Source of the DNA: a virus
Reading direction: 5' to 3' (one strand)
DNA: 36,899 nucleotides
Virus record (IMG/VR): IMGVR_UViG_3300024581_001758
Span: 1 to 36,899 of that record
Numbering within the stretch: the stretch's first letter is position 1; every line of letters starts with the position of its first letter. A program made the translations under genes and the position numbers. The notes under the pieces are model-generated. The model had not been told where the DNA came from. It did no database searches and worked only from the letters and a program-made list of their open reading frames with translations. Below are positions 26,259 to 33,563 of the stretch, in pieces.

Positions 26259-28559
26259 GTGCAGCTGCAATATGAAGAAATAAAAGAGATAATCGAGATT
26301 GACGATTTTGCGGAGCGGGTACATGCCGCCGCCGTAATGTACGCACGTCAAGGGTTTTACGTCATTCCGATTCGCCGAAACCAAAAAGCAATACCGCCGT
26401 CGGCAATGCGCGTGTCGTATAGTAACGCGACCACCAACTTGGATACAATCGAACGTTGGTATGGTCCTGAAGGCAAATTCCGAGGCTGGAACATCGGCCT
26501 TGCCTGCGGTGCTGAGAACGGCATTTTCGTCGTCGATGTGGACGTGAAGCAAGACAAAGACGGCCGAGTGGCCATCGATGCTATAGAAGAGGACCATGGG
26601 CCTATCGGCGGATTGGTCCAACGCACGGCAAGCGGGTCGTACCATCGCGTCTTCCGTTGGTTCAACGGCGGCACGTCGTCCACTGACAAAATCGGGCGCG
26701 GCGTCGATACCCGAGGCGGGAAGGGCAGGTGTTCATCACACATCGTCGCTTGGCCGAGTGAGATAGACGGGAACGCCTACCAATGGGAGACCATAGGGGA
26801 CGTGCCTGAATGCCCTGATTTTTTGGTCGAGTTGATGGGTACGCCATGGGACGTACCTGACGAAGACTACGGCAATGAAAATGTGACTGATGCCGAGCTT
26901 GAGACTAAGTTCACCAAACGTCAAATTTGGGATATGTTGGTCAAAATAGACCCCAATAGCCTGACTTATGACGAATGGTTGAACATCGGCATGGCAATTC
27001 ACAGCCAACACCCCGAGGACGGTTTGCGATTGTGGGATGCTTGGTCGCGTGGGGGCGAAAAATACGAAGACGGCGAGTGCCACAAGCGCTGGGCTGGATT
27101 CAAGCCATATGGGCCAGTGCGTGTCGGGTCGTTGATTCACTTCGCCAAGATGGGTGGCTGGATTCCGACCCCGCAAATTGCAGATGAAGCCCTGCGCCAA
27201 GAAATGGCCGAGGCCGAGGACGAGTACAGCCAAATCATCGAAGAAATGAATAAAGAGTACGGTGTAGTTCTGGTCGGCGGCAAGATTCGAATCATGGCGA
27301 ATGCCATTAACAAAGACCCTGACCGAGATTTGACCCTCCTATCGATGGAAGATTTCAAGGTCATGTGCATGAACAACAAAATCATGGTGACGGGGGCGCA
27401 AGGCCAACCCAAGATGGTCAGCAAAGCCACCATGTGGATGGGCGACGAGCGACGCAAGGATTTCATGGGCGGGATAGACTTCGACCCATCAAAACCTGCT
27501 GAATTCGACACACCTAACGGGCTGGCCATGAATTTGTGGCGTGGCTGGGCCAAACAACCGAAGCAAGGCGATTGGTCGAAGCTGCGCGCCCACATCGAAC
27601 AGGTCGTGTGCAGTGGCAAGAAAGAGCACTACACGTGGGTACTGGACTGGATGGCCGATTTGTTCCAAGACCCAGCGAATCCCAAGGGCTGCGCTCTAGT
27701 AATGCACGGCCTAGAGGGCTGCGGTAAGGGTACGCTAGTCGAAGCCTTGGGCCGCACAATGGGCCGCCACTACAAACACTTAGTCCATGAAAAGCACCTA
27801 ACTGGCGAATTCAACGGCCACCTGCAAGACGCACTATTGGTATTTGCGGATGAATTGGTGTATGGCGGCAGTAAGAAGACTGCGGGCGCGTTGAAAGCCA
27901 TGGTAACAGAATCAATGTTAATGACCGAGCGAAAGGGCGTCGATGCCCAGCGTAGTCGCAACTGCGTCCACTTGTGTATCGCGTCTAACGAAGCATGGTT
28001 TATACCAGCAGGCCCAGAATCTCGCCGTTGGTTTGTGCTTGAAGTAGCGCCGACCCACTGCAAGAATCCTGATTGGTTCGATGCCATCTACGAGGAAATG
28101 GACAACGGCGGGATAGAAGCCATGATGTACGACCTATTGCAGCGTAAAATCACGTCCAACTTGAAGCGCGCGCCTGAGACAGAATCGCTCGCCATGCAAC
28201 GTGCCATGTATAGTGACTCGGTTCGTGATTCCGTGTACGATTGGTGGCAGACCTGCATCGAGCGCGGTGCGGTGGAAGTGTCGTGCCTAGAAAACGACTC
28301 GACCGAGCAAGGCTGGCCGTCACTGGTCATCAAGCCCGACTTATATGACGCCTACGACAGATGGTGCGCCGAGAAACGGATACCATCACATCAAGTGACG
28401 GGCAAAGACCTATTCTATAAGAAGATGAATAAATTGGGCCTCGATGAAAAGATGCCTAAAGCTAAGGACGTGATTCGCAAAGCGGGCGGCCGCAAGCGTT
28501 GTTTTGTTATCCCAGAACACGAACAGGCCATAAAAGCTGTTATGAATTACGTGAAGTAG
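26259..28559 (+). CDS. Primase-polymerase (PrimPol) / SF3 (D5-like) helicase fusion, about 766 aa
   Basis: PrimPol N-terminus YARQGFYVIPIRRNQKAIP...FVVDVDVK. PriCT-like segment YDEWLNIGMAIHSQHPEDGLRLWDAWS. P-loop VMHGLEGCGKGT and LLVFADE. A GTG start at 26259 is proposed, 9 nt after AGGAGA and 1 nt after the polymerase stop. The track's ATG at 26208 would overlap the polymerase gene by 50 nt. Confidence 0.8.
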   Translation: MQLQYEEIKEIIEIDDFAERVHAAAVMYARQGFYVIPIRRNQKAIPPSAMRVSYSNATTNLDTIERWYGPEGKFRGWNIGLACGAENGIFVVDVDVKQDKDGRVAIDAIEEDHGPIGGLVQRTASGSYHRVFRWFNGGTSSTDKIGRGVDTRGGKGRCSSHIVAWPSEIDGNAYQWETIGDVPECPDFLVELMGTPWDVPDEDYGNENVTDAELETKFTKRQIWDMLVKIDPNSLTYDEWLNIGMAIHSQHPEDGLRLWDAWSRGGEKYEDGECHKRWAGFKPYGPVRVGSLIHFAKMGGWIPTPQIADEALRQEMAEAEDEYSQIIEEMNKEYGVVLVGGKIRIMANAINKDPDRDLTLLSMEDFKVMCMNNKIMVTGAQGQPKMVSKATMWMGDERRKDFMGGIDFDPSKPAEFDTPNGLAMNLWRGWAKQPKQGDWSKLRAHIEQVVCSGKKEHYTWVLDWMADLFQDPANPKGCALVMHGLEGCGKGTLVEALGRTMGRHYKHLVHEKHLTGEFNGHLQDALLVFADELVYGGSKKTAGALKAMVTESMLMTERKGVDAQRSRNCVHLCIASNEAWFIPAGPESRRWFVLEVAPTHCKNPDWFDAIYEEMDNGGIEAMMYDLLQRKITSNLKRAPETESLAMQRAMYSDSVRDSVYDWWQTCIERGAVEVSCLENDSTEQGWPSLVIKPDLYDAYDRWCAEKRIPSHQVTGKDLFYKKMNKLGLDEKMPKAKDVIRKAGGRKRCFVIPEHEQAIKAVMNYVK

Positions 28560-28574
28560 AATCACAATAGGCGG

Positions 28575-28603
28575 TTGACAGGACCGCCACAGGATGCTAT
28601 AAT
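28575..28603 (+). promoter_or_regulatory. Consensus sigma70 promoter of the purZ operon
   Basis: TTGACA (28575-28580), a 17-nt spacer, then TGcTATAAT (-10 hexamer at 28598-28603). The dyad GGCGGT/ACCGCC (28570-28588) encloses the -35 element. Confidence 0.85.
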
Positions 28604-28634
28604 GAACTTATCAACCAACAGAAGCGAGAGCAAA

Positions 28635-29666
28635 ATGAAAAAAGTAGACTTAATCATCGATTTACAGTTCGGTTCAACAGGCAAAGGCCTAATCGCGGGC
28701 TACCTAGCTGAGAAAAACCAACCAGATGTAGTAGTAACGGCCAACATGCCGAACGCGGGCCACACCTACATCAACGCCGAGGGCCGTACTTGGATTCACA
28801 AAGTCCTGCCTAACGGTATCGTATCGCCGAAATTGAAGTATGTACTAATCGGCGCAGGTGCGGTGTTCGACCCTGAACGATTGAAAAAAGAAATCACGGA
28901 ATCAGCCGACTGTTTAGCTAGCGCGGACGTTCTCGTCCATGAGAACACGGGGGTGCTAGCCCCCCGTCACAGCGAGGAAGAACGCGCTAAACTATCGGGT
29001 ATTTCGTCGACCATGCAGGGCTCAGGTGCTGCGCTAATGGAGAAGATGGAGCGCGACGGCAGCAAGCCAATCTTAGCGCGCGACGCACTGCCTGAGTCGT
29101 TTGATGTCGCTGGCGTTACGGTCCGAGTAGTTACCCACCAAGAGTACATGAACGTGCTTTACGCGGCGGAACACGTATTGGCCGAGGGCGCGCAGGGCTA
29201 CAGCCTATCGCTCAATGGCCGATTCTGGCCGTTCTGCACTAGTCGTGATTGTACGCCTGCTCGATTCCTAGCCGACATGGGCATTCCACACAAGATGCTA
29301 CGCAAGGTCATCGGTACGGCACGTTGCCATCCAATCCGCGTTGGCAGTACGGCGGATGGCTATAGCGGCGACTACTACCCAGACCAAAAAGAACTGCAGT
29401 GGGCGGACGTTGGCCAGAAGCCTGAGACAACCACTGTTACGGGCCGAGTACGCCGTATTTTCTCATTCAGCCGCCAGCAAATCGCAGAGGCACTGGCGCA
29501 CTGCCAGCCTGACGAGATATTCTTGAACTTCTGCAACTACACTGAGACCTACATGGACATCGTGAACGCCATTGAAGTAGAGAACCGCTGCGCTAACGAT
29601 GGCAAGCCACTGGTCAAGTACCTAGGCCACGGCGCTACTAAACTAGATGTAAAGGAGCGTTTCTAA
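28635..29666 (+). CDS. purZ: PurZ-like N6-succino-2-amino-2'-deoxyadenylate synthase (divergent adenylosuccinate synthetase homologue), 343 aa
   Basis: PurA-family blocks are recognisable: DLQFGSTGKGL (versus PurA QWGDEGKGK, with the catalytic Asp replaced by Ser), NAGHT, AEGAQG and TVTGRVRR (versus ATTGRRRR). The ATG at 28635 lies 4 nt after an AGCGAGAG box. The track's TTG start is the -35 hexamer. MazG-like and HD genes follow directly. Confidence 0.8.
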   Translation: MKKVDLIIDLQFGSTGKGLIAGYLAEKNQPDVVVTANMPNAGHTYINAEGRTWIHKVLPNGIVSPKLKYVLIGAGAVFDPERLKKEITESADCLASADVLVHENTGVLAPRHSEEERAKLSGISSTMQGSGAALMEKMERDGSKPILARDALPESFDVAGVTVRVVTHQEYMNVLYAAEHVLAEGAQGYSLSLNGRFWPFCTSRDCTPARFLADMGIPHKMLRKVIGTARCHPIRVGSTADGYSGDYYPDQKELQWADVGQKPETTTVTGRVRRIFSFSRQQIAEALAHCQPDEIFLNFCNYTETYMDIVNAIEVENRCANDGKPLVKYLGHGATKLDVKERF

Positions 29667-29923
29667 TGGGCGATTATTCAGAAGCACAGGCCATCATCAA
29701 CAAGATGGCCGAGGCGAAAATGGTGATGAACGCCCATAAGGGCAACATCGAAGACGTCCATGTCAGCCGACTGTTGAAATGCATCAGAGATGAAGTGAAT
29801 GAACTTGATGCGGCGACGGACGCCGACAATATAATGCACATCATTGAGGAGGCGGCAGATGTCCAAAACTTCCTATTGGCCTTGGTACAACAACAACTTA
29901 ACGCGTATAGGAGTCGCAAATGA
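29666..29923 (+). CDS. mazZ: MazG-like all-alpha nucleoside triphosphate pyrophosphohydrolase, 85 aa (MazZ position)
   Basis: The EVNE...EEAAD metal-binding pattern (ExxE...ExxD). The start overlaps the purZ stop (TAATG), and an AAGGAG sequence lies upstream. Confidence 0.65.
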   Translation: MGDYSEAQAIINKMAEAKMVMNAHKGNIEDVHVSRLLKCIRDEVNELDAATDADNIMHIIEEAADVQNFLLALVQQQLNAYRSRK

Positions 29924-30360
29924 ACATCAACACCCAATTACTAGCAGCAGGCGTCACGCGTTGGCACATCGTCGAGACAACGCGCCAGCAAAATCTGGCC
30001 GAGCACCAATTCAACGTGGCGATTATCGCCCGTTGGATTGCCCAGCGTCTGGGCCTAAACGCCCAAGATACGTCTACCGTAGTTGAATCGGCGCTACTGC
30101 ACGACCAGCACGAAATTATGGATGGCGATACGCCGTCGACAGCCAAGCGCGAAAAGACGGTAAATTCAATCCTCATTCCGCGTATCGTTCAAGTAGCAGA
30201 CAAAGTGGAGGCTCTATGGTTCATCCATGCGAGACACATCAACCGACCAGACGTAGTGGAGGACGTACGTCAACGTCTGAGCAATCTAATGGTCCAGCTA
30301 AACGAAGACGAGGCAGCGGTTATTTACGCTCTAATCAGAGAGCTAGGGATAGACAAATGA
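29920..30360 (+). CDS. datZ: HD-domain (YfbR-like) deoxynucleotide phosphohydrolase, 146 aa (DatZ position, predicted dATPase)
   Basis: RWH...LAEHQF...ALLHDQHEIMDGDTPS gives the H..HD..D metal ligands. The start has an ATGA overlap with the upstream gene. Confidence 0.7.
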   Translation: MNINTQLLAAGVTRWHIVETTRQQNLAEHQFNVAIIARWIAQRLGLNAQDTSTVVESALLHDQHEIMDGDTPSTAKREKTVNSILIPRIVQVADKVEALWFIHARHINRPDVVEDVRQRLSNLMVQLNEDEAAVIYALIRELGIDK

Positions 30361-30776
30361 GCGGAGAAAAGACACTACGCAAATACGCGGCTGGACTGTT
30401 GAAGCCGTTCGGCCACATCAGCCAATTGGAGTCGGGCGCTACTGCAGCAGGCGTCCCAGATACCAATTTTTTCGATAAAGAAACGGGCCGCGACATTTGG
30501 GTTGAGCTGAAATACGGCGCGCCCAGAAAGCCATGGGAACTGAGAAAGACGCAGGTCGCGTGGATTCGAGCAAGAATCCGCAAAGGGGGCAAGGTCTTTC
30601 TGCTGCTCAAGTACGGGGGCGAAGAATGTACATACACCTTAATAAACGTAGACAGCGAAGAGAAGCTGGATGCCTTGAATCACAGCCAGAATGTGTTGCA
30701 TTGGGCGATGCAAAGCCAAAAAGAATGGACGAAGAGAATTCCGCAAGACGAACTAGTACAGGAGCTAAGAAAATGA
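30357..30776 (+). CDS. PD-(D/E)xK nuclease, VRR-NUC-like, 139 aa
   Basis: GVPDTNFF...GRDIWVELKYG...KTQVAWI. The ATG at 30357 has an ATGA overlap with datZ. The track's upstream extension is Arg/Ser/Gly-rich low-complexity sequence. Confidence 0.65.
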   Translation: MSGEKTLRKYAAGLLKPFGHISQLESGATAAGVPDTNFFDKETGRDIWVELKYGAPRKPWELRKTQVAWIRARIRKGGKVFLLLKYGGEECTYTLINVDSEEKLDALNHSQNVLHWAMQSQKEWTKRIPQDELVQELRK

Positions 30777-31093
30777 ACGATTTAGATAATATCCTTGAAC
30801 AACGCGGCCAGCAAAACGGCGATTACGGTCTGATGTGCGATATCATCCAATCGCTGAAAGAGACGATGTACTCGACCAATCGCGCGGCAAACATGACGCC
30901 GTATCAAAGAGAAACCATCGACATGATTTGCCACAAACTGGGTCGAATCGCCACTGGCGACACTTGGCACGAAGACCACTGGCGCGACATCGCAGGGTAC
31001 GCCACACTAACGGCGGACCGAGTGAAGCAGCGCAATTCCGCAAACCAGCCTCCTGCTGCCGCTCCCCTCGCTCCTGCGGGAGCTGGGTCATGA
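30773..31093 (+). CDS. Conserved phage protein, 106 aa (DUF6378-like; possibly nucleotide-associated)
   Basis: EQRGQQNGDYG...ICHKLGRIATGD..HEDHWRDIAGYATL pattern. ATGA overlaps occur at both ends. The functional assignment is weak. Confidence 0.55.
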   Translation: MNDLDNILEQRGQQNGDYGLMCDIIQSLKETMYSTNRAANMTPYQRETIDMICHKLGRIATGDTWHEDHWRDIAGYATLTADRVKQRNSANQPPAAAPLAPAGAGS

Positions 31094-31557
31094 GTGCCGC
31101 GCAGATAGTTGGTGCTGAACTCGGCCAACTTAAAATAGACGAGGGATTCAGCGAGATTGCGTACGTCGACACCGAGGGTTATCTCACTATCGGTTATGGT
31201 ACTTGTGTCGCGTATGTGGGTGATATCGAAATTAGGCCGATATGGCGAATCAGCCAAGAACACGCAGTCCAATTACTGCGCCAATCAGCAGTCGATGTTT
31301 ACATGGAAATGGACCGCACTTGGCCGTGGTTCGACCATATGCCATTGGGTGTGAAAACGGTACTGCTGAACATGGCGTACAACATGGGTGTGCCGCGATT
31401 GAGCGGGTTCAAGAAAACATTGGCATTTATCAAAAACCACCAGTACGAAAAGGCCGCAGACGAAATGCTCCGCGACTCTACTGGCACTGGCCGTTCCCTG
31501 TGGTATCAACAGGTCGGCCATCGAGCCAAACGCCTCTCCGACAGACTCCGCGCATAA
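31090..31557 (+). CDS. Endolysin, T4-type lysozyme (GH24 muramidase), 155 aa
   Basis: KIDEGFSEIAYVDTEGYLTIGYGT carries the catalytic Glu/Asp/Thr signature. It is the last gene of the plus-strand unit. Confidence 0.85.
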   Translation: MSAAQIVGAELGQLKIDEGFSEIAYVDTEGYLTIGYGTCVAYVGDIEIRPIWRISQEHAVQLLRQSAVDVYMEMDRTWPWFDHMPLGVKTVLLNMAYNMGVPRLSGFKKTLAFIKNHQYEKAADEMLRDSTGTGRSLWYQQVGHRAKRLSDRLRA

Positions 31558-31586
31558 AACAAAGCCCCGATTAAGGGGCTTTTCGT
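31557..31586. terminator. Bidirectional rho-independent terminator at the convergence of the two transcription units
   Basis: The AGCCCC-gattaa-GGGGCT stem is flanked by an A-run on the left and a T-run on the right (aaaacaaAGCCCC...GGGGCTtttc). Confidence 0.8.
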
Positions 31587-31624
31587 TAAGAGTTCTTAGT
31601 GGCCTGTTACTCGATCAAAGCATG

Positions 31625-33553
31625 TTAGATAACCTTGACGCCAGCGAAACCTGCCCAAGAACCTGTGCTTGCTTCGATAAACAATCTGCCTTCTTCCCAA
31701 TTGCCTAGTCCAGATTGGAAATAACCAGCACCAGCGCCTGTCAAGTACGCATCCGTGAAGTTAATTTCAAACTCCATATAACCTGTTCTAGTTGTTAAAG
31801 CTCCAGTTGTTGCTATTTCAATTGCATCAGTAGCTTTATCGAATGATGCAGGGTTTGCCCAATCCGCATTATCTTTAACTAAGTATAGCTTAATCTCTTG
31901 CGCAATACCTCTGTTACTTGAATGTCTGAATAACACAAACTTAGTTGGAGTAGCTAAGTACGGCACGGTAATCTTAGCTGAAGTGAATCCGCTGTTAGGG
32001 CTGTCTACGTTGTACAACACAGGGCGCTCTAAGCCTATTGTCATACCAGCACCACGCTGCTGGATTGTTGGGCTTCTCAACTTCTGCCAACCTTGTGCAT
32101 CTACGATGACATTACCAGCCGCTTGCCCGACTCTGTTCTCGATAGTTACTGGGGTTGTTGCCGACTCATTGTAAGTACCGAAAGCACTATCTATTCTTTT
32201 CTCATAGAATACATTTGGACTATCTTTGATTGACACTGAACCTAGTGATTGCCAGCCGTTGCTTCCGCTAAATGTCGCAGAGACGTTAAGCGTTGGCGAC
32301 TCTCTAACAGTAAGCGTACCAGACAAGGTGTTACAGTTATTAACTATCACACTTACACGCCCAGCGTACTCCAAGAGGTTTAGATGTTGTGTGAAGCATA
32401 AGAACTGACAGTTGTCGAATTGCACTAAAGCTTCTGTCTGGAAAGCAGCTTGTGGAAGTCTTACTAGATTGCCTATATGACCATCACGTAGCTCGAATCT
32501 AGTTTCACTGAACACAAGTTTAGACGCTTGCCATAGTGAAGTACTGGAACCCGATTGCACACCATCAAGTAACAACCCTTTACCGACAAATGAACCACCG
32601 TATATCTTGTACTCACCACCTACTTCATCACGGATGAATGTATATTGCTCACCAGCATCATCATTCTCAACATCGGTTGCGATCATAGTGAAATCTACGG
32701 CTTGGATATTTCTCTGCAGTAAGAATGTACGACAGTTACGAACACGACTGTGGAACATGACAAACTCTGAGCAAAACGCCATTGTATTGCCGTCGTTAAC
32801 ATCACCGCCAGAAATCTCCCAAGCTATATTGAAGTCAGATATACGGCACTCGAAGAAGCCGTTCTGATAGTTTGAAATACCGTCTAGGTCTGGTCGATTA
32901 TCACGACTTCTTGCGCAGATGCCTTTACCTTTGAATGCTCCCTCACACTTGAAGTGTATTCCGTGGAAACGTACTCTTGAGTTCCTTGGGTGGAGTTCGT
33001 GCATAACAACATTGTCCCCACTAGGCTCGTGCGTTATCTGTGAGTTATACTCGCCGTGTCCTCTCACGTTAAAGGCTAAGCCGTCGATGTAAGTAATGGT
33101 CTTTGTTATACGCATTGTCGAGTTATTAGGTAGCCACAAATCTACTTTGTTAGCTTGAGCTAAAACAACCGCCGCTTGGTAAGCGTCAGAGTCGTCATTT
33201 ACTCCATCCCCTACCACACCTAAATGTTTAGCTTGAACGTCGTTCTCTATCACATATTCAAGTGACGTGCCGTTGGGTAGGCCGATAATACTAAAGCCGT
33301 CTGCCACTAGACTAACAGGTTGTACTTTCCAGAGACCGCCTCTGTCGGTCAGTCTAACGTACTTCCCGACCTGAGGGAGACTCTCTTGCGCTTCTGCTAG
33401 CGTATAGTGCAACACCGCATGGTCTTCTAGTTCTTCAATCCTGCGTCCATGATTCCCATGCGTCAGGTTCTTCCACTTTGTACCATCCCACTGCACACGT
33501 GTACCGTTAATGGTTCTTATTTCGTTTAATGCTGGATTTGTGTATGTGCTCAT
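31625..33553 (-). CDS. Tailspike with a pectate-lyase-type right-handed beta-helix, 642 aa
   Basis: AKHLGVVGDGVNDDSDAYQAAVVLAQANKVDLWLP is the classic N-terminal cap of the pectate_lyase_3 fold. The ATG at 33553 (MSTYTNP) is preferred because it lies 5 nt after AGGAAA. The track start at 33586 overlaps the upstream gene. Confidence 0.8.
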   Translation of the reverse strand: MSTYTNPALNEIRTINGTRVQWDGTKWKNLTHGNHGRRIEELEDHAVLHYTLAEAQESLPQVGKYVRLTDRGGLWKVQPVSLVADGFSIIGLPNGTSLEYVIENDVQAKHLGVVGDGVNDDSDAYQAAVVLAQANKVDLWLPNNSTMRITKTITYIDGLAFNVRGHGEYNSQITHEPSGDNVVMHELHPRNSRVRFHGIHFKCEGAFKGKGICARSRDNRPDLDGISNYQNGFFECRISDFNIAWEISGGDVNDGNTMAFCSEFVMFHSRVRNCRTFLLQRNIQAVDFTMIATDVENDDAGEQYTFIRDEVGGEYKIYGGSFVGKGLLLDGVQSGSSTSLWQASKLVFSETRFELRDGHIGNLVRLPQAAFQTEALVQFDNCQFLCFTQHLNLLEYAGRVSVIVNNCNTLSGTLTVRESPTLNVSATFSGSNGWQSLGSVSIKDSPNVFYEKRIDSAFGTYNESATTPVTIENRVGQAAGNVIVDAQGWQKLRSPTIQQRGAGMTIGLERPVLYNVDSPNSGFTSAKITVPYLATPTKFVLFRHSSNRGIAQEIKLYLVKDNADWANPASFDKATDAIEIATTGALTTRTGYMEFEINFTDAYLTGAGAGYFQSGLGNWEEGRLFIEASTGSWAGFAGVKVI

Positions 33554-33563
33554 AATTAATTTC

